From: an uncultured Eubacteriales bacterium
Lineage (GTDB): Bacteria; Acidobacteriota; Aminicenantia; Aminicenantales; Aminicenantaceae
Direction: 5' to 3'
Length of the DNA stretch: 64,000 nucleotides
NCBI GenBank assembly: GCA_964580235.1
Contig: CAZOJY010000001.1
Coordinates: 25,573-89,572 of the forward strand
In this document: positions 48,829 to 58,727 of the stretch, piece by piece
Numbering within the stretch: position 1 is the stretch's first letter
How the letters are laid out: the number at the start of each line of letters is the position of its first letter
Notes under the pieces: generated by a model
The model's input: the letters and a program-made list of their open reading frames with translations, nothing else
The model's database searches: none
Told to the model about the DNA's origin: nothing
Program-made: the position numbers and the translations under genes

Positions 48829-49781
48829 TTTTCGGTAAAAATCCCGATTTTCCGGAATTTCTGGTAACGTGCCTTCATTCTCTCTTCTGGAGATTTCTTT
48901 TCCAGCTTCTTGAGCGTGGCGTGCAGATGTTTGTTCACATTCTTGAATGTCAGATCATAGTCGACATGAGCACCTCCTGCTGGTTCGGGGATGATCTCAT
49001 CGATAATTCCATATCCCATCAAATCTTTGGATAAGAACTTCAGGTTCTCAGCGGCTAGATTGACGGCCGTCTGGTCCTTCCAGAGAATGGCGGCACAGCC
49101 TTCCGGTGAAATCACCGAGTAGAAGGAATATTCCAGCATCAAAATTGCATCTCCCACACCAATGGCCAAAGCACCTCCGCTTCCCCCTTCTCCAATCACC
49201 ATGTTGATGATCGGGACCCGGATCTTTGCAATTTCTTTGAGGTTAAATGCGATGGCCTCAGCCTGTCCCTTTTCTTCAGCCTGAACTCCCGGATATGCGC
49301 CTGGCGTATCAATAAGGGTGATAATCGGAAAGCCGAACTTTTCCGCCAGCTTCATCACTCTTAAAGCTTTCCGATACCCTTCAGGATTAGGTTGGCCAAA
49401 GTTTCGCGCCAGTCTCTCTCTTGTGGTCCGGCCTTTTTGATGTCCGATGAACGCAGCTGTCCGCCCATGGTAAAATCCAAAACCAGCCACAAGGGCAGGA
49501 TCATCACCTGCCCGGCGATCCCCATGAAGTTCGATAAAACCGGTTGTGAGTGATTCCAGATAGTCCAGCGTATAGGGTCTTTTCGGGTGGCGGGCAATCT
49601 GAACGATATCCAGAGGGGACAGGTTTGAACTAATTCGGGTCCATTCTTCTTTGATTTTTTCTCTTAGATTTGCAGTCTTCTGCTTTTTGTCCGGATCGTC
49701 GGATTCCTGGATTTTGTCAATCTTTTCCTTTAATACGACAATATCCTTTTCCAATTGATAAAAATCTTTTTTTTCTCTCAT
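48825..49781 (-). CDS. accA: Acetyl-CoA carboxylase carboxyltransferase subunit alpha
   Basis: 318 aa. Conserved carboxyltransferase alpha core (GRTTRERLARNFGQPNPEGYRKALR..TPGAYPG). Confidence 0.92.
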   Translation of the reverse strand: MREKKDFYQLEKDIVVLKEKIDKIQESDDPDKKQKTANLREKIKEEWTRISSNLSPLDIVQIARHPKRPYTLDYLESLTTGFIELHGDRRAGDDPALVAGFGFYHGRTAAFIGHQKGRTTRERLARNFGQPNPEGYRKALRVMKLAEKFGFPIITLIDTPGAYPGVQAEEKGQAEAIAFNLKEIAKIRVPIINMVIGEGGSGGALAIGVGDAILMLEYSFYSVISPEGCAAILWKDQTAVNLAAENLKFLSKDLMGYGIIDEIIPEPAGGAHVDYDLTFKNVNKHLHATLKKLEKKSPEERMKARYQKFRKIGIFTEK

Positions 49782-49817
49782 CGGAAAATAAAATACAATA
49801 CTAGAATGACCTTGCTT

Positions 49818-49846
49818 ATTCTATAGAAAAAATGGGGCAGTGGCAA
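49818..49846 (-). promoter_or_regulatory. Candidate sigma-70 promoter for accA-hisS-aspS (TTGCCA-N17-TAGAAT on minus strand)
   Basis: Minus-strand TTGCCA (plus-strand 49841-49846) and TAGAAT (plus-strand 49818-49823), about 35 nt upstream of the accA ATG. No Shine-Dalgarno sequence is visible for accA. Confidence 0.35.
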
Positions 49847-49981
49847 CTCTTTCTGTTCGAGGCAGCGATTCCTCCACCCTGAGGGCTTCGTTCCTAAGAA
49901 GACAAGCGGATGAGAATCCCCGCGGGAAAATGAAGAGGGTTTCGCTGTCATGAAAGGGCTTGCAGAAAAAAAACAACAACG

Positions 49982-50662
49982 CTAACGGATGGGGGCGCCA
50001 AGCTGGGTGCGAACGACCTTCAAGTTTTGGGATGAGATATCCAGTTCTTTCAGCATCCCTTCTTCATTGGTTTCCATATCGATTTTTGCAGGGCCTTGCT
50101 GCATTATGAGACAACACGGGTCATCCGGATTTGGCCCGAGCGTGGCAGGCACTTCCATCTGAGGTATGATATAGGCGGAAATTTCAGCGGTCTCCTGAAG
50201 GCCACAGCGAAATTTTTTAGTCAAAACCATATACGGAGAAAACAAGGGATTAGGCAGAAGGACAGCATCCCTTTTGATTGCCACTGTTTCTGTTTGTTCC
50301 TGACCGGCTACTCGTTTTGTGTTTAGCACCTTCCCTCCAGAAAAAAAACTCTGGATATCTTGGGCCACACCGCTGACCTGTCCCTTAAACAGATATCTTT
50401 CAGGAATAAAATTTTTATCCAGACGGATAACCATTCGCTCGATTGCGATGGCAATGGGCTTGGTCATGCGTCCCCTTACCGTCAATGTAAAACCCAATTC
50501 ATCTTCCTGCCAGGAATATTCTTCATATCCCACCTGTTCCTGCATAAAATAAATGGATAAGGTTCCTGTCTCTGCAACATTTGGAGGCAGTCCTGGGGAC
50601 GAATGGAGAAAAGATAAAATAATCCAAAGGAAGCTGAGAAAATGGGCGAGGGTTCTGACCAT
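49982..50662 (-). CDS. Secreted hypothetical protein (signal peptide; no recognisable family)
   Basis: 226 aa. N-terminal hydrophobic signal FLSFLWIILSFLHSSPG. Lies downstream of ybjQ in the same orientation. Confidence 0.5.
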   Translation of the reverse strand: MVRTLAHFLSFLWIILSFLHSSPGLPPNVAETGTLSIYFMQEQVGYEEYSWQEDELGFTLTVRGRMTKPIAIAIERMVIRLDKNFIPERYLFKGQVSGVAQDIQSFFSGGKVLNTKRVAGQEQTETVAIKRDAVLLPNPLFSPYMVLTKKFRCGLQETAEISAYIIPQMEVPATLGPNPDDPCCLIMQQGPAKIDMETNEEGMLKELDISSQNLKVVRTQLGAPIR

Positions 50663-50699
50663 TTCCTTTTTATTTTACAGCATCAATTGCGTTGGTATT

Positions 50700-51014
50700 T
50701 TATTCCACGACAACAGCTGTCCCATAGGCCAGGATCTCTGATGCACTTTGCATAATCATTGATGTGGTGAAACGCACATTGAGAACAGCGTTTGCCCCAA
50801 GTTGTTCTGCCTCTTCCACCATGCGGTCCAGGGCTTGTTCGCGGGATTCCGCCATCATTTTGGTGTAGTCCCGAATCTCGCCTCCGACGATATTCTTGAG
50901 AGCTGCCGAGATATCGCGTCCGATATGGCGGGCCCGGATGGTATTCCCCCGGCACAGTCCCAGCGTTTTTTTTATGGTTTTCCCCGGAACAAAATCCGTA
51001 TTAACAAGAATCAT
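50700..51014 (-). CDS. ybjQ: YbjQ/UPF0145-family protein (putative heavy-metal-binding domain family)
   Basis: 104 aa. Characteristic MILVNTDFVPGK...GANAVLNVRF...YGTAVVVE pattern of the YbjQ_1 family. Confidence 0.8.
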   Translation of the reverse strand: MILVNTDFVPGKTIKKTLGLCRGNTIRARHIGRDISAALKNIVGGEIRDYTKMMAESREQALDRMVEEAEQLGANAVLNVRFTTSMIMQSASEILAYGTAVVVE

Positions 51015-51457
51015 TTCTCAACCTCCTTGTATCTTTCCCTTTTGTGGACAAAGACCTGCTCTCTGAGAAGGGATACCAAAAGGACAACCACTCCACCTAG
51101 AACCGTAAGAATTCCAACCTTCAACAGAAGCGGCGTGGAGGAATCTTGGATGATCCCTTCAACGGCCTTATAGCCGCCAAAAAACAATAAAATCATACCA
51201 CCGATCGAGAGAAGAATCCACCCGATCTTTCGTTCCAGACGATTATAAACCGCACTCCAATAAACTTCCCACATTTCCTTCTGTGGTTTTTTGAATTGCA
51301 TTTTTCCCATCACCTCCTCAAATTTGCTCACTTTCTCAAACTCTTTTCGGCACTCTGCACACTGTTTGAGGTGTTCGTCAATCTCCTGGCTTTCTCTGTT
51401 ATCCAATTCTCCGTCATGGTAGAAAGAAATGAGCTCTTTTATTTTCTGATGGTCCAT
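51011..51457 (-). CDS. Zinc-finger (HxxxCxxC) anti-sigma factor with two TM helices and minimal periplasmic region
   Basis: HLKQCAECRKEF motif. Hydrophobic segments WILLSIGGMILLFFGG and LKVGILTVLGGVVVLLVSLL. Preferred start is MDHQKIKEL at 51457, downstream of the sigma stop at 51477. 4-nt overlap with ybjQ. Confidence 0.7.
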   Translation of the reverse strand: MDHQKIKELISFYHDGELDNRESQEIDEHLKQCAECRKEFEKVSKFEEVMGKMQFKKPQKEMWEVYWSAVYNRLERKIGWILLSIGGMILLFFGGYKAVEGIIQDSSTPLLLKVGILTVLGGVVVLLVSLLREQVFVHKRERYKEVEK

Positions 51458-51476
51458 GAATATCTCCTGATTAATC

Positions 51477-52124
51477 CTATTCAAAGCCCAGGTATTTTCC
51501 GATGATCCCCCTGAGCTTTTTTTTTGCATAAAACAGGGAGGACATCACCGTCCCGATCGGTTTCCCGATGATTTCCGCTATCTCTGCATAAGAAAGCTGT
51601 CGAAAATAACGGAGGATGACAATTTCTCTCTGCTCAAAGGAAAGTTGTTCCATGCCTCTCCACAACGTCTTTTTCAGCTCGCGGTTTTTGTTTTCATCCG
51701 CAAGGATGGGAACATCCCCCAGAGGAATCGTTTGCATTCGCCGTTTGCGCTTCAGTCGATCGATGCAGAGATTTCTCAACAATCGATAAAACCATGGAAA
51801 AAAGGGCTTGCTGGTGTCAAACATTTTAATCTTGCGGAAGGCTTTGATAAAAGCATCCTGAGAAACATCCAGAGCATCCTGTGGGTTATGGACAAAACCC
51901 AGAGCAATATAATACGCCGAATGCATATACCTTTTCACGATCGCACCATAGGCCCCTTTATCCCCTTTCTGCACCACTTCCAGAAGCTTCTTCTCCGATA
52001 CTCCCCGCTCTAGTTCGACTTGAAGCTTTCTTCCAGGAAAAACTTGGTTCTTGTGTAAGGCCACTTCTTCTGCCATTTGTTTTTTCCTACTACTACATAC
52101 GCCCTTGTTTTTAGGTTTATTCAT
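51477..52124 (-). CDS. RNA polymerase ECF-type sigma-70 family sigma factor
   Basis: Region 2 (DALDVSQDAFIKAFRKIKMF..FFPWFYRLLRN) and region 4 (SYAEIAEIIGKPIGTVMSSLFYAKKKL). The ATG at 52124 overlaps the rlmB stop (ATGA). Alternative start at 52076. Confidence 0.85.
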   Translation of the reverse strand: MNKPKNKGVCSSRKKQMAEEVALHKNQVFPGRKLQVELERGVSEKKLLEVVQKGDKGAYGAIVKRYMHSAYYIALGFVHNPQDALDVSQDAFIKAFRKIKMFDTSKPFFPWFYRLLRNLCIDRLKRKRRMQTIPLGDVPILADENKNRELKKTLWRGMEQLSFEQREIVILRYFRQLSYAEIAEIIGKPIGTVMSSLFYAKKKLRGIIGKYLGFE

Positions 52125-52855
52125 TTGCCTATGCTCTTTCTCTGCCGGACAACCTCATACATAAAAATAGCAGCGGCGGCAGCCACGTTGAGAGAGGGTA
52201 TTTTCCCGAGAATCGAAATGGAAAGGACTCTGTCACATTTCTGCCTGACCAATCGGCGGAGACCCATGCCTTCAGAGCCAAAAACGATTCCCACCGGAAG
52301 GGTGTAGTCAAAATCATGCCAGAGATTTTCCTCTCCCCCTTCTGCGCCAATCAACCACACCCGTTTTTTTCTCAATTCTTCCATGGTCCGAGCCATGTTT
52401 TTAACTCTGGCCACTTTCACATGCTCCAGGGCTCCTGCCGCTACCGAAGCGACTGCTTTGGTTAAAAGAACGGCCCGACGCTCCGGTATGACAAGACCAT
52501 CCGCACCCGCACACTCTGCCGTCCGGATGATAGCACCCAGGTTCTGAGGATCGACGATGCCGTCCAAGAGCACCAGAAACGGGATTTCCGACGACGCCAG
52601 GATCGAATCCAGGGTAGAGTATTTCTTGGCCGCCAAAAGGGCGATAGCCCCCTGATGATGCGGATCTATACTGTTCAACTTTTTTTGCGGCAAATAAAAA
52701 AACGGGATCCGATTTTTTTTAGCCCACCGGATAATTTCGGCAATTTTGGCCCTGGTTGTCCCTTCCTGAATGAGTATTTTGTTCACCCGTTCGGGTGAAT
52801 ACCGGACTGCTTCCAGCAGGGAATTTAAACGGCTGATTTTCTCTTTTTCTTGAAT
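52121..52855 (-). CDS. rlmB: 23S rRNA (guanosine-2'-O)-methyltransferase RlmB (SpoU/TrmH family with N-terminal SpoU_sub_bind domain); start codon uncertain
   Basis: SpoU_sub_bind-like N-domain (ISRLNSLLEAVRYSPERVNKILI) and SPOUT catalytic domain (LLDGIVDPQNLGAIIRTAECAGADGLVIP, LNVAAAAAIFMYE). No in-frame ATG/GTG/TTG lies between the glnS stop (52875) and the conserved domain. ATT at 52855 preceded by AAGGGAG is proposed. The ORF-track N-terminus (to 53038) overlaps glnS and is probably untranslated. Confidence 0.75.
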   Translation of the reverse strand: MQEKEKISRLNSLLEAVRYSPERVNKILIQEGTTRAKIAEIIRWAKKNRIPFFYLPQKKLNSIDPHHQGAIALLAAKKYSTLDSILASSEIPFLVLLDGIVDPQNLGAIIRTAECAGADGLVIPERRAVLLTKAVASVAAGALEHVKVARVKNMARTMEELRKKRVWLIGAEGGEENLWHDFDYTLPVGIVFGSEGMGLRRLVRQKCDRVLSISILGKIPSLNVAAAAAIFMYEVVRQRKSIGK

Positions 52856-52874
52856 CCTCTCTCCCTTTATTACT

Positions 52875-54593
52875 CTAAGAGAATTTTGTCTTCTGGGCTT
52901 TTTCGATTTTGGCCCAGGTATCCCGAAGTGTTTCTGTTCGGTTAAACACAAGCTTTTCCTGAGAAGAATCTTCCGAATCCAGGCAAAAATATCCTTTTCT
53001 AAGGAATTGAAATCTGTCTCCCGGCTTGGCGCTGGCAAGGCCTGGTTCGACCTGACAGGAGGTCAAGACCTCGAGAGATTTGGGATTCAAGGCGGTGTGC
53101 CAATCTTCTTCTCCATCCTCATCGGTCGGAATCTCTCTGGAAAACAGATGATCATACAGTCGGACCTCAGCTGCAATCGCTTGAGGAGCAGATACCCAGT
53201 GAAGGGTTCCCCTGACCATCCGGCCGTCCTTTGACCAGCCCCCTTTTGTTTCCGGATCATACGTACAGCGAAGCTCGACTATTTCTCCCGTCCGGGGATT
53301 TTTAACCGCTTCCTCGCACTTTATATAATAGGCATGTTTGAGCCGCACTTCCCGGCCAGGCGCCAACCGGAAAAACTTTTGCGGAGGATCTTCCCGGAAA
53401 TCATCCTGTTCGATGTACAATTCCCGCGAGAAAGGAATCTTCCGGGTCCCCATACTCGCATCCTCTGGATTGTTTTCAGCATCCAGCATCTCGACCTTGC
53501 CTTTGGGATAGTTATCGATAACCACTTTAAGAGGACGCAGGACTGCCATCACACGCGGTGCCACTCTGTTCAGGTCCTCACGCACACAGTGTTCCAGAAG
53601 AGCAATGTCCACAGTGCTTTCTCTTTTAGCGACTCCGATACGATCGCAAAAATCCCTGATGGACTCAGGAGTGTATCCACGCCTTCGCAGCCCAGATAAG
53701 GTTGGCATCCTGGGATCATTCCAACCGCTCACATGGCCTTCTTTCACCAACTGCAAAAGCTGTCGTTTACTCATCACAGTGAAGGATAGATTCAGACGAG
53801 CAAATTCTATCTGCTGGGGATGAGGAACCTCCAATCGCTCGAGGAACCAGTTGTATAGTGGGCGATGGTCCTCAAACTCCAACGTGCAGATAGAATGGGT
53901 GATGCCCTCGATAGAATCAGACTGCCCATGGGCCCAATCATAAGTGGGATAGATGCACCATTTATCTCCTGTCCTGTGGTGTTCCGCCCGCAGGATGCGA
54001 TACATCACGGGATCCCGCATATTCAAATTCGGAGAAGCCATATCGATTTTTGCCCGGAGCGTACGGGAGCCATCCGGAAATTCACCTATGCGCATACGCT
54101 CAAGAAGATCTAGGTTCTCCTGGACTGGCCTGTTCCGATAAGGGCTGTCTTTTCCTGGCTCAGTCAACGTGCCCCTGTAAGCCCTGATCTCATCTGCATT
54201 CAAATCGCAAACATAGGCTTTGCCTTTTTTTGTAAGTTCAACGGCATATTCATACAGTTTTTCGAAATAATCGGATGCAAAAAAAAGACGGTCTTTCCAA
54301 TCAAATCCAAGCCAGTGGATATCCTTCTTGATGGATTCCACATACTCCACTTCTTCTTTGATCGGATTGGTGTCATCGAACCGCAGATTGCACAACCCTT
54401 GATACTCGGCTGCAATCCCAAAATTCAGGCAGATGGATTTGGCGTGTCCAATATGAAGATATCCATTCGGTTCCGGGGGAAAACGGGTGTGGACACGCCC
54501 TTGATTTTTATTCTCCTCCAGGTCCTGATCAATGATGGTCCGGATGAAATCCCTGATGACATTTTTTTTGTCCCCTTTTTCATTTTTCTCCAT
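52875..54593 (-). CDS. glnS: Glutamine--tRNA ligase
   Basis: Class I HIGH motif ([13 protein letters not shown]) and KMSKS variant (VMSKR). GlnRS-type anticodon-binding beta-barrels. Start at 54593 (GAGGAA 9 nt upstream) gives an N-terminal length like E. coli GlnRS; the ORF-track start at 54614 would overlap gltX by 16 nt. Confidence 0.88.
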   Translation of the reverse strand: MEKNEKGDKKNVIRDFIRTIIDQDLEENKNQGRVHTRFPPEPNGYLHIGHAKSICLNFGIAAEYQGLCNLRFDDTNPIKEEVEYVESIKKDIHWLGFDWKDRLFFASDYFEKLYEYAVELTKKGKAYVCDLNADEIRAYRGTLTEPGKDSPYRNRPVQENLDLLERMRIGEFPDGSRTLRAKIDMASPNLNMRDPVMYRILRAEHHRTGDKWCIYPTYDWAHGQSDSIEGITHSICTLEFEDHRPLYNWFLERLEVPHPQQIEFARLNLSFTVMSKRQLLQLVKEGHVSGWNDPRMPTLSGLRRRGYTPESIRDFCDRIGVAKRESTVDIALLEHCVREDLNRVAPRVMAVLRPLKVVIDNYPKGKVEMLDAENNPEDASMGTRKIPFSRELYIEQDDFREDPPQKFFRLAPGREVRLKHAYYIKCEEAVKNPRTGEIVELRCTYDPETKGGWSKDGRMVRGTLHWVSAPQAIAAEVRLYDHLFSREIPTDEDGEEDWHTALNPKSLEVLTSCQVEPGLASAKPGDRFQFLRKGYFCLDSEDSSQEKLVFNRTETLRDTWAKIEKAQKTKFS

Positions 54594-54598
54594 GGCTT

Positions 54599-56116
54599 CT
54601 ATTCCTCGTTCCATTGCCTTCTGCTCTGTTTTAAATAACCTAACATTTCGAAAATCCGCTGGGAACAGCTTTTGAGGGGCCGGGGCAGATCCAGCCTAGC
54701 TCCTTCTTCCACCAGCGGTATGAATTTATCCAAATCCAGGCCTGAACTTTGCGTTGTAAGGGCAATACGGAGCGGATGATAAAGGTCTTTCCCCTTGCAG
54801 CCCGTTTGCTGTTTTATTGCCTGTGTGATGGCAACAAATTGGTCATAATCGAAGCAATCGATGTCCTTGATCTTTTGCCCAAACCGGCTGAGGACTTCCG
54901 ACGCACAATCTCCTTCTATCTCTTCTTTTGCCTCTTCGTCCATCTTGAGAGGAGAGAATTCGAATAAGGTGGCCACCTGCAAGGGAAAGTCAGAAAATCG
55001 GTCCACGCGTTCGATAAAAATTTTCACAACCTTTTCCAGCCAATCCCAATGTGCAACGGTCATGCATTCTGGAAGAAGTTTCGCTTTTCTCATGTAAGGG
55101 TAGGCTATCTCTGCCATCTGCCGTACAGGGAGGGTTTTGGCATGCTGGCGGTTAATCCAATGGAGTTTGTCATAATCAAAAATAGCTGCTGACCGGCTCA
55201 CCTTCTTCAAACGAAAAAAATGAATCAGCTCCTCACGGGATAAAATCTCCTGGTTATCGGGAGGTGCCCATCCCAATAGAGCCAGGTAATTGAAAAGGGC
55301 AGAGGAGAGTATGCCATCCTTCTGAAAATGATCAACGGCCGTGGCTCCATGACGTTTGCTCAACCGCGTATTATCTGTCCCCATCACCATTGAAAGGTGG
55401 GCAAAATTCGGGGGGATAAAAGATAAAGCCCGGTAAAAAAGAATCTGCCGCGGGGTGTTGGAAATGTGATCCTCCCCTCTTATCACATGAGTAATTTCCA
55501 TCAGGGAATCATCCACCACAACGGCAAAATTATAAGCCGGAAGCCCGCTGGATCGGACAATGACAGGGTCTCCTATCCGGCTCAAATCAAATTTGAGTTC
55601 GCCCCTCACAAGATCATGGAATGTCAATTCGCCCTGATCAGGAGTTCGGAATCTGATAGCAGCCTTTTCTCCATCTCGCAGCCGCTGGAGAGCTTCATCA
55701 GGAGAAATCTTTGCGCATTTCCCGCTGTAAATGGCCACTCCGTTTTCTGTCCGCGCTTTTTTTTGTTCCATTATCAGATCTTCTGGCGAACAAAAACAGG
55801 GATATGCTTTCCCCTCATCCAGGAGTTTTTGAGTGTACTCCCGGTATGTCTGCAATCTGAGAGACTGCCTGTATGGCCCAAAAGAGCCTCCGACATCCGG
55901 GCCTTCATCCCAATCCAGCCCGAGCCAGATCATGTCTTCTTTTAACTTCTCTTCATACGCCAAAGTAGACCGTTCGATATCTGTATCCTCAATCCTGAGG
56001 ATAAAAACCCCATTTTTCTGGCGGGCAAACAACCAGTTATATAGAGCTGTCCGTGCGTTTCCAACATGAAGAAATCCCGTTGGGCTTGGTGCAAATCTCA
56101 CTCTGACCTTTTCCAT
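54599..56116 (-). CDS. gltX: Glutamate--tRNA ligase
   Basis: True start is [30 protein letters not shown] (HIGH-type motif) at 56116, with KLSKRHG further in. The 116 codons upstream in the ORF-track ORF are a non-coding leader with no similarity. Confidence 0.92.
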   Translation of the reverse strand: MEKVRVRFAPSPTGFLHVGNARTALYNWLFARQKNGVFILRIEDTDIERSTLAYEEKLKEDMIWLGLDWDEGPDVGGSFGPYRQSLRLQTYREYTQKLLDEGKAYPCFCSPEDLIMEQKKARTENGVAIYSGKCAKISPDEALQRLRDGEKAAIRFRTPDQGELTFHDLVRGELKFDLSRIGDPVIVRSSGLPAYNFAVVVDDSLMEITHVIRGEDHISNTPRQILFYRALSFIPPNFAHLSMVMGTDNTRLSKRHGATAVDHFQKDGILSSALFNYLALLGWAPPDNQEILSREELIHFFRLKKVSRSAAIFDYDKLHWINRQHAKTLPVRQMAEIAYPYMRKAKLLPECMTVAHWDWLEKVVKIFIERVDRFSDFPLQVATLFEFSPLKMDEEAKEEIEGDCASEVLSRFGQKIKDIDCFDYDQFVAITQAIKQQTGCKGKDLYHPLRIALTTQSSGLDLDKFIPLVEEGARLDLPRPLKSCSQRIFEMLGYLKQSRRQWNEE

Positions 56117-56582
56117 CGGAGATAATATTAATACATTTTGCCTGAAAACCCAAGTTCTCACGAGCCTCCGGTTGAATTCCAATCTCCGGGCTTGTGTTCC
56201 CGATATTCTTCCAAAAATGCAATCAGGTGCCACCGGTATTAATAAAATCCTACTAATATTATAAATATAATAATTATTTGGAATAAAAAGGCAACTTTTT
56301 AGGTCTAATAAGCGTATATATATAATGCTACAAAAAAGAATAACGAAAATAGGAGAATATAAAATGAAATTCAAAACAAAGGTTGCAATTTTTCTCGTGG
56401 CTGTTCTTTTGACTTTTCTCGGTTTTAACCTGATCACATCTCCAGCTGCTGTGGATATGCTCAAGGTTGGGAAGCTGGCTAGGACAGAAGCTCCAGCTCA
56501 TCACTTCAAAGGATAATTCTTCAGGACTGAAAGATTGATAAGTCAAATCATCGGGATCAGGAACTGGCAGGAGAGAGACAGC

Positions 56583-57059
56583 TTACAATTCCATAAGCGT
56601 TTGGGCAATGGCTACAATTGCCTCACCCTGTCCAACAGGCCCTATCCCTTCGTTGGTTTTGGCTTTGATGCCAAGATCATCCGTCCCAATCCGAAGGAGG
56701 GAACACAAAACCTTTTTCATCCTGTGGATATGTGGAACAATCTCAGGGGCTTCCGTGATAATAATACAATCGACGTGACAAATTTTTCCGTTCTTTTCCA
56801 GGACTTTTTCCACAACATTTTCCAATAGCTCCGTGCTCCGGATATTATGATATCGCGGATCTGTATCCGGGAAAAATTGTCCTATATCTCCTTCGCCGAC
56901 TGCTCCCAAAACGGCATCGATAATGGCATGTATCAAACAATCTCCGTCCGAATGTCCGATCAATCCTTTGGAAAACGGTATCTCTACACCTCCAAGAAAG
57001 AGTTTCCTCCCCTTCTGAAGCCTGTGCAGATCATACCCGATGCCGATTTTAATCTTCAA
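56583..57059 (-). CDS. ispF: 2-C-methyl-D-erythritol 2,4-cyclodiphosphate synthase
   Basis: 158 aa. IGIGYDLHRL, GHSDGDCLIHAIIDAVLGA and IIITEAP motifs. Confidence 0.92.
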   Translation of the reverse strand: MKIKIGIGYDLHRLQKGRKLFLGGVEIPFSKGLIGHSDGDCLIHAIIDAVLGAVGEGDIGQFFPDTDPRYHNIRSTELLENVVEKVLEKNGKICHVDCIIITEAPEIVPHIHRMKKVLCSLLRIGTDDLGIKAKTNEGIGPVGQGEAIVAIAQTLMEL

Positions 57060-57717
57060 TCAAAGCCTCCGCGATTTTCATGTCGTCCTCTGTCGTGATC
57101 TTAATGTTCCTCCGGTCTCCGGGAATGACAAAGACGTCCTTTCCTGTTCTCTCCACAAGAGAGGCCTCATCCGTTCCACTAAAACCGTCGCGAATCGCGA
57201 GGACAAAAGCTTCCTTGAGCAGGTTGTAAGAATAGCCCTGAGGTGTTTGGGTTCTGAACAGATGACGTCTATCTTCCGACCGGAAAACTTTTTGTGCCTC
57301 TACGCGTTTAATCGTGTCATCCACAGGGATAACCGGAACCACGGCCCCTTTTTTCCTTGCGGCTTTGACAATCCTTTCGATTAAATTTTCCCCGACCAGA
57401 GGCCGCGCACCGTCATGAACGAGAATGATTCCTGTTTCCCCGGCGTTCACGCTGCTCAATCCCGAGTAAACAGAATCCTGCCTTTTCTCTCCCCCTCTGG
57501 CTATGGATGAAATCTTCCGGTACCGGTGAAGATATTCATCCCCGGATTGGTTTTTTCCTAAAACAAGGACAATGTTATCGACCGCCCCATGTTTTTCAAA
57601 TGTTTCCAAACTCCAGTCCAGGACCGTTTTTCCCTTTAAAAAAACAAACTGTTTGGCTGTACCAAACCGTCTTCCCTCTCCTGCGGCAACGATAATCGCA
57701 GAAACCCTGTCCATCAA
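57049..57717 (-). CDS. ispD: 2-C-methyl-D-erythritol 4-phosphate cytidylyltransferase
   Basis: 222 aa. AIIVAAGEGRRFG N-terminal motif. Overlaps ispF by 11 nt. Confidence 0.9.
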   Translation of the reverse strand: MMDRVSAIIVAAGEGRRFGTAKQFVFLKGKTVLDWSLETFEKHGAVDNIVLVLGKNQSGDEYLHRYRKISSIARGGEKRQDSVYSGLSSVNAGETGIILVHDGARPLVGENLIERIVKAARKKGAVVPVIPVDDTIKRVEAQKVFRSEDRRHLFRTQTPQGYSYNLLKEAFVLAIRDGFSGTDEASLVERTGKDVFVIPGDRRNIKITTEDDMKIAEALIED

Positions 57718-58712
57718 CCTTCTTCTTGGTTGTAACGCCCAAAGATCATTTTTCCCACGGTTGTCTGGAGAACAGAGGTCACGGTAATCTCAACATTTTG
57801 CCCGATCATCTTTCTGGAGTTATCCACGACAACCATTGTTCCATCATCCAAATAGGCCACTCCCTGATCCTTTTCTTTCCCCTCTTTAAGAATAAACACA
57901 TTGATCATCTCGCCAGGGAGCACAACCGGTTTTAAAGCATTGGCCAGTTCGTTGATGTTGAGAACCGCAACTCCTTGAAGCTGGGCAATCTTGTTCAGGT
58001 TAAAATCATTGGTGATGATCTTTGCATCCATGTATTTAGCCAATTCGATCAGTTTGGAATCGACATCCTTGATTTCAGGAAAATCCACTTCGGTTATCAC
58101 GACTGAAGCCATAGAAGACTTTTGGAGTTGATCCAGAACATCCAACCCCCGCCTTCCTCTTTGCCTCTTGACGCTATCAGCGGAATCGGCCACAAGCTGC
58201 AGCTCTTTGAGGATAAACTGGGGGACTATCAAATCTCCATCGATAAATGCCGTGTCACAAATATCGGATATCCGGCCATCGATGATCACGCTGGTATCCA
58301 GGATCTTGCTGCTGCTCCCTGTGCTTTCCTCTTTAAAAAAGCTGGAAAGGTAGGTAGGATCAAGCCATTCATACTTTCGTGTGCCGACCAGGAATCCAAT
58401 ATAAGGCATGACAACGAGAAAAAATATTTTGATGAATGAAGTGGTCGCATCCTCCTGGGCGATACTCTGGTAGATTGCCCCAAGACCCCAGCCTATTAAC
58501 ACACCGGCAAACGTCCCGAGCGTGCTGCTCCAAATGACCTTAAACTGACTCTTTCTGATCCGCGTCTCCAAATAAATGATCAGCAGACTCAGGAAAAAGC
58601 CAGCCAGGATGCCATAATAGCGGGAAATTTGAAAGGGGGGGAAAAAGTATCCAGCCGCCGATATTATGGCAACAAAAAGTAAACGAAATACTAAAACGCC
58701 CATTTTTCTCAT
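57714..58712 (-). CDS. PIN/TRAM-domain membrane protein (YacL-like)
   Basis: N-terminal 3-4 TM helices. PIN domain (ILDTSVIIDGRISDICDTAFIDGDLIVPQFILKELQ). C-terminal TRAM beta-barrel (GQNVEITVTSVLQTTVGKMIFGRY). Located between radA and ispD as in Firmicutes yacL. Confidence 0.8.
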   Translation of the reverse strand: MRKMGVLVFRLLFVAIISAAGYFFPPFQISRYYGILAGFFLSLLIIYLETRIRKSQFKVIWSSTLGTFAGVLIGWGLGAIYQSIAQEDATTSFIKIFFLVVMPYIGFLVGTRKYEWLDPTYLSSFFKEESTGSSSKILDTSVIIDGRISDICDTAFIDGDLIVPQFILKELQLVADSADSVKRQRGRRGLDVLDQLQKSSMASVVITEVDFPEIKDVDSKLIELAKYMDAKIITNDFNLNKIAQLQGVAVLNINELANALKPVVLPGEMINVFILKEGKEKDQGVAYLDDGTMVVVDNSRKMIGQNVEITVTSVLQTTVGKMIFGRYNQEEG

Positions 58713-58727
58713 CCTTTATGATAAATA

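Noticed and set aside
52875-53038. rlmB N-terminal 54 codons overlapping glnS
   Set aside because: A 164-nt out-of-frame overlap with a conserved tRNA synthetase C-terminus is implausible. The sequence has no similarity to the RlmB N-domain.
56221-56240. GGTGGCACC (minus-strand) resembling the T-box core GGUGGNACC upstream of gltX
   Set aside because: Only the 9-nt core matches. The flanking AAUUAGGGUGG...ACCGCG consensus, the specifier loop and a terminator/antiterminator pair are not evident. The motif is itself a near-palindrome, so it could be a protein operator. Kept only as part of the spacer finding.
56117-56464. N-terminal 116 codons of the six-frame gltX ORF
   Set aside because: The conserved GluRS N-terminus with the HIGH-type motif begins at the Met at 56116. 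The upstream translation is hydrophobic nonsense from an AT-rich leader.
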